Shown here one piece after another: positions 14,239 through 27,700 of a DNA stretch of 64,000 nt. This stretch comes from Malacoraja senta (taxonomy: Eukaryota). The position numbers and the translations under genes were made by a program. The stretch lies in contig CM076001.1 in assembly GCA_038087875.1 (NCBI GenBank), forward strand, positions 1,056,001 to 1,120,000, in the 5' to 3' direction. Position 1 is the first letter of the stretch. Each line of letters begins with the position of its first letter. Under the pieces are notes generated by a model. It searched no databases. It worked only from the letters and a program-made list of their open reading frames with translations, and was not told the DNA's origin.

Positions 14239-14347
14239 ACAGTCGGTGCCGTTTTCTGCAGGTAGGTCCCGTCTTTTTCCCCCGTTTTCAGCGGGTTTTT
14301 CCCGGAGCTAGTCAGCGCAAGTCTCTCCTACATAGCGCCACCGGAAG

Positions 14348-14760
14348 AGCAAGTTCTTGTCTGATCAAAAAGCAAGTAGCACATATTAACTTTTTTTAGT
14401 ATCTCTCTGTTCTCCTTAACCTTTTCATTGTGAATATCGATGCTAAGTTGCTTCTGCTTATCTATGAGCAAGTCGATCCGTGTAGACACAAATGTCTTCA
14501 ATGCTATTTGGCTTTCATAAGGCGCAGCAGATCTCTCGTGCTTGTTTAAAGCATTAGGCAAATGATTTAAATCACTGTATCCATTTGCTACCTATACAAT
14601 TTCACTAGATACAGAAAATAACAGGCACGGGAAACAAAGTCTATTTGTTGAAATACAACCGCATAGCCACTCTTTCCTGTTGTACCAAGCTGTTTTAAAT
14701 GTTCTAATTATTGCGCTGTTGAAGTTCTTTAAGTTCCGGCGTTGGTCTGCCATTTTAAAT
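14348..14760 (-). pseudogene. hAT transposase N-terminal part (TTF-type zinc finger region)
   Basis: Minus-strand translation gives WYNRKEWLCGC...LCFPCLLF...LNKHERS; lies directly upstream of the L1 insertion site. Confidence 0.75.
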
Positions 14761-15228
14761 TATTTTGGTCTTTTCCTCGTAAGTTTGCTTCGAGAAACTC
14801 TTCAGGTAATCACTATCTATCTTTGAAAAACCCGCCAAGAAACTTGCGCGTGCGCATGCGCAGTAGGATGGTGTGCATGCGCAGCGCAGCACATGCACGC
14901 AGTCCACGGTGTAAAGGCAGGATTTCAGCTGCCATTACGGATCGTTCCCACTGATGGTTGAAGCATCGTTGACGGCACGTGAGTAGCATATACCTTCGCA
15001 TTTTAAACGTACTGCAGATGAAAGGCATGGGAGAATTATGCCTCACTAAGAGATCGATCTCTTAGGGAAGCATAATTCTCCCGTGCCTTTACTATTTATG
15101 ACCATTTTATGTTTTATATATATTTTATATATATAAAATAATGACCATTTTATAATTTTAGTCAAGGTAGGCACTGCCTACCTTGCCTACCCTTGCCTAC
15201 CCTTGCACGTGCCTGATATATCTATATA

Positions 15229-15276
<48 letters not shown>

Positions 15277-15277
<1 letters not shown>

Positions 15278-17682
15278 TAGACTAAGTGGGACCCATTGGG
15301 TCCCAGCTTCACACGGGTCCCAGCTGGTCCCCCAACGCAATATTCCACCTCTCCACCAATTCCAATATTGCTGGCCAGTGGGGGGGGGGCTTTCTGGAGC
15401 ATTAGCATGGGTGTTGTGGGCCGGTTTCCAGAGGGCAAGTATGGACATTGTGGGCCGAATGGATTATTGGGCTGGCAGCTCAGTCACTCAGGCCTGGCAG
15501 CTCAGTAACTCAGGCCTGGCATGCTGGCAGCTCAGAAACTGCCAGAAATTCTGCCCAAAATAGGTTACAGACTGTGAGAGAGAGGGTGGAGAAACAATTT
15601 TAGACATTTTCATCTTGTTTTACAGATCATAGCAATGAAGGAGGAAAGTCTATCCTTGCGTGGATCTCTTGAACGCTAGTATGGGTGTTGTGGGCTGAAG
15701 GGACTGGTTTCCAGAGGGCTAGTATGAACATTGTGGACTGAATGGATTCTTGGACTCGCAGTTCAGTGAGTCATGGCTGGTGGGATGGCAGTTCACTAAG
15801 TCATGGCTGATGGGCTGGCACTTCAGTCATTTACAGCTGATGGGCTGGCAGCTCACTTACTCATGGTTGGTGGGCTGGCATTCCAGTCACTCACAGCTGG
15901 TGTGGTGGCAGTTCACTCAGTCACCCCTCCTCCCTTCATCCCCCCACTCTGCTCCTTGCCATTCCCCTCCCCCCATGCATTCAGTCCATCTCCCCTCAAC
16001 CTCCCGCCCATGCACTCTTAGTGGCTCTCCGGCAGCGCTGCCATTCCTGCCTATTGTGATGAAGAACACGCAGGCATGGCAAGTGGAAAAAGGATTTATT
16101 AAAGTTTAAAATGTGAATGACTCTTAAAATATAACAATTTAAATGTTAAAGGTGAGATTTATTAAGTTCAGTTTTGTCTTGTTGTGTCTCTTGTTGTGTT
16201 CTGCTGCTCACTGCACCGATGTCTCTTTGCTGAGGATAAAAAAAGAGACAATTTTAATACAGCGAGATTGGGCAGTCAAAGTTTAACAAAGAAAATATGA
16301 GAATTTATCTCAAAGTCATCGTTCAGTGCAGGTCAGCAAATTCAATTTCATAGCATTTCAAGCAGAGTGCAGGCCAGCAAATCCAATCTCACAGCATTTC
16401 AAGTAGAGTGCAGGCCAGCAAATCCAATCTCACAGCATTTCAAGCAGAGAACAGGCCAGCAAATCCAACCTCACAGCATTTCAAGCAGAGTGCAGGCGAG
16501 CAAATTCAATCTGACAGCATTTCAAGCAGAGTGCAGGCCAGCAAATCCAATTTAACACCATTTCAAGCAGAGTGCACACACACACACACACACAGACTCA
16601 CACACACACACACACTCTCCACCTCACACACTCACACACACACACACACACACACAGACTCACACACACACACAGGCTCACACACACACACACAGACTCA
16701 CTCACACACACACACACACACGGACTCACACACACAGACTCACACACACACAAAGGCTCACACACACAGACTCACTCACACACACACTGACTCACACACA
16801 CACTGACTCACACATACAAACACAGACACACACACAACCTCCACCTTACACACGCACACACACACTGACTCACACACCATATATATGACAGTAAACTTTC
16901 TTCAATCGACTCACACAGCTGAGCACGGCCTCTCCACTGTGGGGCTTCCGCAGTCAGTGGCACTTCCGCAATCAGCATGACCGCTGCACTTACTGGAAAT
17001 TACGTAATCAGCATGACCTGTGCACTCACTGGAAATTACGCAATCAGCGCGACCTGTTCACTAAGCGGCAGTCTCGGAATGAGCGGGACCTTTGGACTAA
17101 AAACAGTCAGACCTAATAAAGTATTTATTCCTTCCAAACACAGTCGGACCTAACAAAGCATTTGTTACTTCCAAACACAGTCGGACCTAACAAAGCATTG
17201 CAGTTTCAAGCACAGGCAGGGCAGCAGACCAAACAACTCATGGCATTGTCATTTCATTTAATTTCCAATTTAGCATTGCAGTTTCAAGCACAGGCAGGGC
17301 AGCAGGCCATTGCAGACTCACAGTTCAGTTGATTCACAGCCTAGAATGACAGTCATGTCCTCTCCCTCGCGATCTTCCAAAGTGACTGATTCACGTCCAG
17401 GCATCCAGGGTTTTATAGTCCTGCCCCCCCCCCCTCCGGAAGGGGCATTACCTTCATCTCGGTCATTGACAGGCGAGAGGACCAATCAGCTAATCTCAAG
17501 ATTTTTTAAACGCTCATAACTTTTTTATTTTTCATCGATCGGAAAAATCCTCGGGGCTGCCTCAGCGGAGCAGGACTGTAAGATGGCCAAAAAAATCACA
17601 GGGATACTGGGTAGCGTTTTTTCTAAAATCAATATACAGCGCAGACAGGAAGTGGTCAAGATGAGACTATTAATTATATAGA
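15277..17682 (-). mobile_element. Complete non-autonomous Helitron with internal minisatellites
   Basis: On the minus strand it starts A^TCTATATAATTAATAG (17682) and ends with hairpin GGGACCC-n3-GGGTCCC (15288-15304) then CTAG^T (15277), the canonical Helitron termini and A^T target. Contains ~30-bp and 41-bp tandem units and a (CA)n-rich tract. Confidence 0.88.
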
Positions 17683-17705
17683 TAGTCTGCTATGTACTTG
17701 CCCTT

Positions 17706-18145
17706 AATGACAATGCCATGAGTTGTTTGGCCTGCTGCCCTGCCTGTGCTTGAAACTGCAATGCTAAATTGGAAATGAAATAAAATGACAATGCCATGAG
17801 TTGTTTGACCTGCTGCCCTACCTGTGCTTGAAACTGCAATGCTAAATTGGATATGAAATGAAATGGCAATGCCATGAGTTGTTTGGCCTGCTGCCCTGCC
17901 TGTGCTTGAAACTGCAATGCTAAATTGGAAATGAAATGACAATGCCATGAGTTGTTTGGCCTGGTGCCCTGCCTGTGCTTGAAACTGCAATGCTGAATTG
18001 GAAATGAAATGAAATGACAATGCCATGAGTTGTTTGGACTGCTGCCCTGCCTGTGCTTGAAACAGCAATGCTAAATTGGAAATGAAATGAAATGACAATG
18101 CCATGAGTTGTTTGGCCTGCTGCCCTGCCTGTGCTTGAAACTGCA

Positions 18146-18147
<2 letters not shown>
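17706..18147 (+). repeat. 78-bp minisatellite, ~5.7 copies
   Basis: Unit starts at 17706, 17784, 17862, 17935, 18013 and 18091. Confidence 0.92.
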
Positions 18148-18204
<57 letters not shown>

Positions 18205-18223
18205 TGTATGTGTATGTGTGCTT

Positions 18224-18523
18224 GCCTGCACTCTGCTTGAAATGCTGTGAAATTGGATTTGCTGGCTGGCTTGCACTCTGCTTGAAATGCTGTGAAATTG
18301 GATTTGCTGGCCTGCACTCTGCTTGAAATGCTGTGAAATTGCATTTACTGGCCTGCACTCTGCTTGAAATGCTGTGAGATGGGATTTGCTGGCCTGCACT
18401 CTGCTTGAAATGCTGTGAGATTGGATTTGCTGGCCTGCACTCTGCTTGAAATGCTACGAGATTGGATTTGCTGGCCTGCACTCTGCTTGAAATGCTATGA
18501 AGTTGAATTTGCTGGCCTGCACT
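18224..18523 (+). repeat. 41-bp minisatellite (inverted counterpart at ~16326-16574)
   Basis: Unit gcctgcactctgcttgaaatgctgtgagattggatttgctg, about 7 copies. Confidence 0.9.
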
Positions 18524-19694
18524 GAATGATGACTTTGAGGTAAATTATCAGATTTTCTTTCTTAAAATTTGACTGCCCAATCGCTCTGTATTAAAATCGT
18601 CTCTTTTTTTTAATCAACAGCAAAGAGACATCGAGGCAGTGAGCAGCAGAACACAACAAGAGACACAACAAGAAAGAAGTGAACAAAATAAATCTCATCT
18701 TTAACATTTAAATTGTTGTTATATTTTAAGGGTTATTCACATTTAAATCTTTAATAAATCCCTTTTCCACTTGCCATGCCTACGTGTTCTTCATCACAAT
18801 GGGAACCTAATAGGCAGGAATGGCTGCGCTGTCAGAGAGCCACTAAGAGTGCATTGGGGGGAGGTTGAGGGGAGATGGACTGAATGCGTGGGGGGAAGGG
18901 AATGGCAAGGAGCAGAGTGGGGGGGGGTGAAGGGAGGAGGGGTGACTGAGTGAACTGCCACCAGCCGTGAGTGACTGGAATGCCAGCCCACCAGCCATGA
19001 GTAAGTGAACGGGCAGACCACCAGCCATAAGTCACTGGACTGCCAGCCCACCAGCCATGTCAATTGACTGCCAGCCCACCAGCCATGACTTAGTGAACTG
19101 CCAGCCCATCAGCCATGACTCACTGAACTGCGAGTCCAAGAATCCATTCAATCCACAATGTCCATACTAACCCTCTGGAAACCAGTCCCTTCAGCCCACA
19201 ACAACCATATTAGCGCTCCAGAGATCCATGCAAGGATAGACTATCCTCTTTCATTGCCATGATCTGTAAAAAAAGATGAAAATGTCTAAAATCGATTCTC
19301 CACCCTCTCCCCCTCTCTCACAGAATGTCACCTGTTTTGGGCAGAATTTCTGGCAGTTTCTGAGCTGCCAGCCCGCCAGGCCTGAGTTACTGAGCTGCCA
19401 GCCTGCCAGTTCTGAGTGAATTGAGCTGCCAGGCCTCAGTGACTGAGATGCCAGCCCAAGAATCCATTCGGACAACAATGTCCACACTAGCCCTCTGGAC
19501 ACCAGTCCCTTCGGCTCACAACACCCATGCTAGCGCTGCAGAAAGCCTCCCCCCCCCCCCACTGACCAGCAATATTGGAATTGGTGGAGAAGTGGAATAT
19601 TGCGTAGGGGGACCAGCCCTCCCGTGTGAAGCTGGGACCCAAAGGGTCCCACTTAGTCTAGTATCATATCTATCTTATCTTATCTATCTATCTA

Positions 19695-22323
19695 TCTATA
19701 TACTTTTAAAACTCTGTGTGGGTGTGTGTGGACGGGCGGGCGGGTGTGTGTGTTTGTGGCAGATTTGCCCTTTGATTCCTTGGTCCGCCAAAACCACTCG
19801 CAGAAACTCCGAGATTTTTTCCATTTCGCTAGACATTACACTTTTACATCCCCTAAGACACTCCTCATTAAATTTCGTCGTTTTTATGTACACATTTTAA
19901 AATCAAATCCATCCCCCCCACCCCCCCAACCACTAATTGTTTTGAATCCTGCTTGCCAGCGAGCTGCTGCATGACTCACAGTGCCATCACATATGTCCAA
20001 TAACAATGGATCTCATTTACCTATGATATGACATCACAATGGGTCTGGGCTAGGAGATTGGAACCTTCACGTGAGCCCACTAAAATCAAACAGCTGCATG
20101 ACTCACAGAGCCATCTCACAGATGTTAAATCACAATGGATCCCATTGGCGTACACAATCAAATAGAGCAGGTTGTCCTACCCCCTCCCTATCTACCCCCT
20201 CCCTATCTAACCCCCTCCCTATCTACCCCCTCCCTATCTACCCCCTCCACCTCTACCCCCTCCCTCTCTACCGCCCTCCCTATCTACCCCCTCCCTCTCT
20301 ACTGCCCTCCACTCCCCTCCCCCCTCCACCTCTACCCTCCTATCCTCCCCCCTCTCCTCTCCTCCATACCCTCCTGTTCTCCCTACACCTATCCCCCTCC
20401 TCATCTCTCTCCCCTCCACCTCTCCCCCTCCTCTTCTCTTCCCTCCACCTCTCCCCTCCTCTTCTCTCCCCCACCAACCCCCTCTCCCCTTCTCTCTCCC
20501 CCCTTCTCTCCCCCCCTCCTCTCTCTGTCGCTCCTCCCTCTCCCCCTCTCCTCTCTCCTCTCTCCCCATCCAATCTCTCTCCACCTCCCCCCTCTCCCCC
20601 ACCACTCCCCCTTCTCTCTCACCCTTTCTCCCTCCCCTTCCCCATTTTATCCCCCTCCCCTCTACCCCCCTCTACATCGTATTCTCCTCCCCCTCTCCAC
20701 CCTCCTCTCCCCCTTCACCACCCTCCCCATCACCTCTCCCCCTCCTCTTCTCTCCCCCACCTCCCCCCTCCACCTCTCCCCCTCCACCTCTCCCTCTGCA
20801 CCCTCCAACTCTCCCCTCCTCTTCTCCCCCCTCCAAGTCTCCCCTCACCTCTCCTCTCACCCCCTCACTCACCACCTCCTCTCTCTCCCCCCCTACCTCC
20901 CCCTCTCCCATCTACTCGCTCGTCCCCTCTAATCTCTCTCTCCCCTCTAATCTCTTTCTCCCCATCCGTCCCTCCCTTCCACCCCCATGCCTTTCTCCCA
21001 CTCCCCCTTCTCTCTCCCACTCCCCCTTCTCTCTCTCTCCCCCTTCTTTCCCCCCCTCTCTCTACCCCCCTTCTCTCTCTCCCCCTCTCCTCTCTCCCTC
21101 TCCAATCTCTCTCCACCACCCCCTCTCCCCTCCACCCTCCCCTCTACCCCCCCCCACCTCTGTCACCCTCTCTCCTCCCTCCTCTCACCCTCCCCCACTC
21201 TTCCCCCCTCCCTTCTACCCCCTCCACCTCTTATTCTCCTCCCACTCTCAACCCTCCCCTCTCCTCCCCCCTCTCCCCCTCCTCTTCTCTCCCCCTCCAC
21301 CTCTCCCCCCTCCACCTCTCCCCCCTCCAATTCTCACCCCCTCTTCTCTCCCCTCCAACTCTCCCCCTCCGCTCTCCTCCCTCCCCTCACTAACCCCCTC
21401 CTCTCTCTCCCCCTCTACTCTCTCTCCCCTCTACTCTCTCTCTCCCCTCTAATCTCCCGCTCCTCTCCCCTCCCCCTCTTCCCCTCTTCCCCTCTTCCCC
21501 TCTTCCCCTCTCCCCTCTTCCTCTCTCCTTCCCCTCCCCCACCATTCTCTACCTCTCACCCCCCTCTACCACACCCCTTCCCCCTACCCCTGTCTCCCCC
21601 TTTACCCTCCCCTCCACACTATCTCCTCCTCCCCCCCTCTCCCCTCCCTCTCCCCCCTCCTTACCCCTCTCCTTCCCCCTCTCTCCTCCCCCCTCTCCCT
21701 CTCTCCTCCCCAATCCCCCCTCTCTCCTCACCCATCTCTCCTCACCCCTCTCTCTGTGTGTGTGTGGGTGTATGTCAGGTGTATGTCATTTTGATTTTGC
21801 CTTTGATTCGTTGGTCCGCCAAAACCACACGCAAAAACTCCAAGATTTTTACCATTTCGCTAGCGATTTTACTTTTACATTCGCATATCCACTCCTTATT
21901 AAATTTCGTCATTTTTCTGTACACATTTTTAATAAAATCCCTCCCCCCCCCCAAAGCACTCATTTTGTCGCCTCCTGCTTGCCACCTTCTCATCGCGTGC
22001 CGCGCGACCATAACGGCTGCTGCCGCCCGGCTCTCCTCCACTTCCCCCCCTCGGCGCGGCTCTGTCACGCTGGCGGAAGGCACAGATCGGCTGGTCCCCC
22101 GCTGCTTTTCGCCGTCCTCGCTGCCAGCCCACACGCTTGCACTGTCCGAAAATCCCACGCGTCATCGGTCTGTCGGCCCGCAGGTGCATTGAGGGTATTC
22201 GCAGCGTCTCCACGGGCGTACGCAGCGTCTTGACGTCGTACGCAGCATCTTGACGTCGTACACAGCGTCTTGACGGCGTACGCCTAGCGCGTGGCATTGC
22301 ACTTGGGTCTGCACTTGGTCTAG
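19695..22323 (+). mobile_element. Non-autonomous Helitron, tandem unit 1, with a ~1.55-kb polypyrimidine tract
   Basis: Starts A^TCTATATACTTTTAAAA and ends gggtctgcacttggtCTAG^T; the 5' arm of the hairpin is missing in this copy. Confidence 0.8.
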
Positions 22324-24755
22324 TATACTTTTAAAACTCCGTGTGTGGGTGTGTGTGTGTGTTTGTGGGTGTCAGATTTGGCCTTTGATTCCTTGGTCCG
22401 CCAAAACCACACACAGAAACTCCGAGATTATTTCCATTTCGCTAGACATTACACTTTTACATCCCCTAAAACACTCCTCATTAAATTTCTTCGTTTTTAT
22501 GTACACATTTTGAATAAAATCCTCCCCCCCCCCCCAACCACTAATTTTTTTTAATCCTGCTGGCCAGCGAGCTGCTGCATGACTCACAGTGCCATCACAG
22601 ATGTCCAATCACAATGGATCTCATTTACCTATGATATGACATCACATTGGGTCAGGGCTAGGAGATTGGAACCTTCACATGAGCCCACTAAAATCAAACA
22701 GCTGCATGACTCACAGAGCCATCTCACAGATGTCTAATCATAATGGATCCCACGAATGCAATTGACCTGGCGTGCACAATCAAATAGAGCAAGTTGTCCT
22801 ACCCCCTCCCTATCTACCTCCTCCCTATCTACCCCCCTCCTTATCTACCCCCTCCCTATCTACCCCCTCCCTCTCTTCCGCCCTCCACTCCCCCTCCACC
22901 CCTCCTATCCTCCCCCTCTCCTCTCCTCCATCCCCTCCTGTTCTCCCTCCTCCACCTCTATCCCTCCACCCCCTCCCTATCTACACCCCCTCCCTATCTA
23001 CCCCCTCCCTATCTACCCCCTCCCTATCTACCCCCTCCCTATCTACCCCCTCCCTCTCTACCGCCTTCCACTCCCCCTCCCCCTCCACCTCTACCCCTCC
23101 TATCCTCCCCCTCTCCTCTCCTCCATCCCCTCCTGTTCTCCCCCCCTCCACCTCTCCCCCTCATCATCTTTCTCCCCTCCACCTCTCCCCTCCTCTTCTC
23201 TCCCGCCTCCAACCCCCTCTTCTCTCCCCCTCCCATCTCCTCCAACCCCCTCACTCACCCCCTCCTCCATCTCCTCCCCTCCCTCCACCCTCTCCCCTGT
23301 ACTCTCTCTCTCCCCTCTATTCTCTATCTTCCCCTCCCTCCCCGTGCCTTTCCCCCTCTCCCCTTCTCTCTCCCCCTTTCTCGCGCCCCACTTCTCTCTC
23401 CCCCTCCTCTCTCTCCCCCCTCCTCTCTCTCTCCCTCCTCCCTCTCCCCCTGTTCTCTCTCCTTCTCCTCTCTCTCCCTCTCCTCTCTCCCCATCCTCCT
23501 CTCTCCCTCCTCTCTCTCCCCCTCTTCTCTCTCCCCCTCCACTCCCTCCTTCTCCTCTTTCCCCCTCCAATCTCTCTCCACTTCCCCCCTCTCCTCCCCC
23601 CTCTCTGCTCCCTCCTCTCTCTCTCCCCCACTCTGCCCCCCTCCCTTCTACCCCCCTCCACTCTTCACCTCTTATTCTCCTCCCCTCTCCACCCTCCCCT
23701 CTCCTCCCCCCTCTCCCCCTCCACCTCCTCTTCTCTCCCCCTCCACCTCTCCACCTCCCCCTTCCTTTTCTCTCCCCCCTCCAACTCTCCCCCTCCTCTT
23801 CTCTCCCCTCCAACTCTCCCCCTCCCCTCTCCTCCCTCCCCTCACACCCCCTCCTCTCTCTTCCCCTCCCTCTACTCCCTCTCTCCCCTCTACTCTCTCT
23901 CCCCTCTAATCTCCCTCTCCTTCCCCCCACCCCCACTTCCCCTCTCCTCTCCCCCTTGCCCTCTCCCCCTCTCCCCTCCCCTTACCCTCCCCCACCCTTC
24001 TCTACCCCCCTCACCCACCCCTCTCTCCCCCCTCCCCCCTCTACCACACCCCTTCCCCATCCCGTCTCCCCCTTTAACCTTCCCGCTCTCCCCTCCCCAC
24101 ACTCTCCCCTCTCCCCCCTCACCTCTCTCCTCCCCCCTCCCCCTCTCTCCTCACCCATCTCTCCTCACCCCACTCTCCAGTGTGTGTGTGTGTGGGTGTA
24201 TGTCAAGTGTATGTCATTTTGATTTTGCATTTGGTTCGTTGGTCCGCTCAGAGATTTTTACTATTTCACTAGCGATTTTACTTTTACATTCGCATATCCA
24301 CTCCTCATTAAATTTCGTCATTTTTCTGTACACATTTTTAATAAAATCCTTCCCTCCCCCCCCCCCCGACCCCACTCACTCAATTTGTCGCCTCCTGCTG
24401 GCCACCTTCTCATCGCATGCCGCGCAACCATAACGGCTGCTGCCGCCCGGCTCTCTTCCACTCCCCCCCCCGGCGCGGCTCTGTCGCGCTGGCGGAAGGT
24501 ACAGATCGGCTGTTCCCCCACTGCTTTTCGCCGTCATCGCTGCCGGCCCGCACGCTTGCACTGTCCCAAAATCCCACGCGTCAACGGCCTGTCGGCCCGC
24601 AGGCGCATTGAGGGCGTACGCAGCGTCTCTACGGTCGGACGCAGTGTCTTGACATCGTACGCAGTGTCTTGACATTGTACACAGCGTCTTGACGGCGTAC
24701 GCCTAGTGCGTAGCATTGCACGATGACGTCAGGCAGCCCCCCCTTGCAACCGTGC
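22324..24755 (+). mobile_element. Non-autonomous Helitron, tandem unit 2 (3' terminus lost at the junction with unit 3)
   Basis: Colinear with unit 1; begins TATACTTTTAAAA directly after the preceding CTAG. Confidence 0.8.
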
Positions 24756-27700
24756 GTGTGTTTGTGGTTGTCAGATTTGGCCTTTGATTCCTTGGTCCAC
24801 CAAAACCACACGCAGGAACTCTGAGATGTTTTCCATTTCGCTAGACATTACACTTTTACATCCCGTAACACACTCCTCATTACATTTAGGCATTTTTATG
24901 TACACATTTCTAAATAAAATCCATCCCCCCCCCCCCCCACCAACCACTATTTTTTTTGAATCCTGCTGGCCAGCGAGCTGCTGCATGACTCATAGTGCCG
25001 TCACTCAGCAACAAGTCCCCCCACCACCCCCATCTCCCATATCAACTCCTGCCTATCAGCCATCAAATCTTGGATGCAACTCAACTTCCTTAAATTAAAC
25101 AGTAGCAAAACAGAATTTCTCCTCATTGGCTCCAAATCAACACTCATTAAAATTAACAACCCCACTCTCACTATCGACGGCACCACTGTCTCCCCATCTC
25201 CTCAGGCATGCAACCTTGGCGTGATCCTTGACTCAACCCTCTCCCTTGAGCCTCACATCCGCCATGTTGTCAAAACATCATTTTTTCACCTCCGCAACAT
25301 TGCAAAAATCAGATCCTCTCTCACACCCCCCGCTGCTGAAAGACTCATCCATGCCTTCATCTCCTCCCGACTGGACTACTGTAACTCTCTTCTTTTCGGA
25401 ATCAATTCCAGCAGCATCAACCGACTCCAACTGGTCCAAAATGCAGCCGCTCGACTCATTACCCACACCAAATCCTGGCACCACATCACCCCAGTTCTCA
25501 AAGAACTTCACTGGCTTCCCATTTCCCACCGGATCACCTACAAAATCCTGGTCCTCACCTACAAAGCCCTCAACAACCTGGCCCCCCCTTATCACATTGA
25601 CCTCCTCTCCCCCTACCAACCCTCACCGTCCCTCAGATCCACATCAGCTGGTCTCCTCTCCACTCCGAAATCAAGCCTCTGCACTTTTGGAGGAAGAGCC
25701 TTCTCCAGGGCAGCTCCCAGGCTCTGGAATTCCCTCCCACAACCGGTCCGAAATTCTGAGTCCCTCACCATCTTCCAGTCCCGCCTCAAGACCCATCTCT
25801 TCACCTCTGCATACCCTTAGTCCCATGTTCCCCTCCTCTCTGTCTTACTGCTCTATTTTGTTTTGTTTATTCCTGACTCTCAATTGTAAAGTGACTTTGA
25901 GTCCTGAAAAGTGCTATATAAATAAAATCTATTATTATTATTATTATCACAGATGTCCAATCACAATGGATCTCATTTACCTATGATATGACATCACAAT
26001 GGGCCTGGGCAAGGAGATTAGAGCCTTCACGTGAGCCCACTAAAATCAAACAGCTGCATGACTCACAGAGCCATCTCACAGATATCTAATCACAATGGAT
26101 CCCACGAATGCAATCAACCTGGCGTGCACAATCAAACAGAGCAATTTGTCCTACCTTCCTCCCTATCTATCCCCTCTCTATCTACCTCCTCCCTATCTAC
26201 CCCCTCCCTCTCTACCGCCCTCCATTCCCCCTCCCCCCTCCACCTCTACCCCCTCTCCTCTCTCCTATCCCCCATCCCCTCCTGTTCTTCCCCCTCCCTC
26301 CCCTCCCTATCTACCCCCTCCCTATCTACCCCCTCCATATCTACCCCCTCCCTATTTACCCCCTCCCTATCTACCGCCCTCCACTCCCCCTCCCCCATCA
26401 CTCACCCCCTGCTCTCTCTCCTCCCCCCTCTCCCCTGTACTCTCTCTCTCCCCTCTATTATCCCTCCCTCCCTGTGCCTTTCCTCCTCTCCTCTCTCCCC
26501 CCTCCTCTCTCTCTCCCTCCTCCCCCTCTTCTCTCTCCATCTCCTCTCTCCCCATCCAATCTCTCTCCACCTCCCCCCTCCCCTCTCCCCCTCCCCCCTC
26601 TCTCCCCCCACCCTCTCTCCTCCTTTCTCCCACCCCCACTCCCTTTATCCCCCCTCCCCTCTACCCACCTCCACATCATATTCTCCCCCCTCCCCACCCC
26701 CCCTCTCCACCCCCACTCTCCCCCCTCTCCACCCTCCCCATCACCTCTCCCCTCCTCTTCTCTCCCCCACCTCCCCCCTCCACCTCTCCCTCTCCTCTTC
26801 TCTCCACCCTCCAACTCTCCCCCCTCCTCTTCTCCCCCCCTCCAAGTCTCCCCCTCACCTCTCCTCTCACCCCATCACTCACCCCCTCCTCTCTCTCCCC
26901 TACCTCCCCCCTCTCCCATCTACTCGCTCTCTCCCCTCTAATCTCTCTGTCTCCCCTCTAATCTCTTTCTCCCCATCCGTCCCTCCTTCCACCCCCATGC
27001 CTTTCTCCCACTCCCCCTTCTCTCTCCCACTCCCCTTCTCTCTCCCACCTCTCTCTCTCCCCTTCTCTCTCCCTCTCCCCCCTCTCTCCCCCCTCCTCTC
27101 ACCCCCTCCTCTCTCCCCCTCCTCTCTCCCCCTCCTCTCTCCCTCTCCTCTCTCCCCATCCTCTCTCTCCCTTCTCTCTCTCCCCCTCCACTCCCTCCTT
27201 CTCCTCTCTCCCCCTCCAATCTTTCTCCACCTCCCCCCTCTCCCCCCACCTCTACCACCCCTCTCTCCTCCCTCCTCTCTCCCTCCCCCTCCCCCACTCT
27301 GCCCCGCTCCCTTATACCCCCCTCCACCTCTTATTCTCCCCCCTCTCCACCCTTCCTGCTCCCCCCTCCACCTCTCCCCCTCCTCTTCTCTCCACCTCCA
27401 CCTCCCCACCTCCTTTTCTCTCCCCCCTCCAACCCCCCCTCCTCTTCTATCCCTCCAACTCTCCCCCTCCCCTCTCCTCCCTCCCATCACTCACCCCCTC
27501 CTCTCTTCCCCTCCTCCCCATTACTCTCTCTCTCCCCCCTCTCTCTCTCCCTTCTAATCTCCCTCTCCTCTCCCATCCCCCCTCTTCCCCCTCTCCTCTC
27601 CACCACCCTTCTCTACCCCCTCTCTCCCCCCCTCCCCCCATACCACACCCCTTCCCCCTACCCATCTCCCACTTTACCCTCCCCGCTCTCCTCCCCTTCC

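Larger units (their letters stand above)
7958..14347 (-). mobile_element. Full-length but degenerate L1 retrotransposon
   Basis: 11-bp TSD AGCAAGTTCTT at 7947-7957 and 14348-14358; AATAAA plus poly(A) at the left end; ORF1 and ORF2 remnants with a ~0.8-kb AT-rich spacer between them. Confidence 0.95.
6086..15215 (-). mobile_element. hAT-superfamily DNA transposon (Tip100/ZMYM1-like transposase), degenerate, interrupted by L1
   Basis: 11-bp TIRs CAGGCACGTGC (6086-6096) and GCACGTGCCTG (15205-15215); 8-bp flanks ATATATAT/ATATATCT; transposase motifs ELAFRG, IEVDESTD, PTRW and ATVSVERSFSALK; subterminal GCGCATGCGC motifs at both ends. Confidence 0.92.
17706..19661 (+). mobile_element. 5'-truncated copy of the same Helitron in inverted orientation
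   Basis: 18230-19661 is the reverse complement of ~15277-16570; hairpin at 19634-19650 and CTAG at 19658-19661. Confidence 0.88.

Noticed and set aside
16326..18523. Regular 41-bp and 78-bp repeats as a possible CRISPR-like array or repeat protein
   Set aside because: The units are contiguous with no unique spacers, there are no cas genes, and the context is eukaryotic Helitron sequence.
15277..19661. A single foldback/TIR DNA transposon
   Set aside because: Both ends are Helitron 3' termini, the left arm has its own 5' TC terminus at 17682, and there is no clear TSD.
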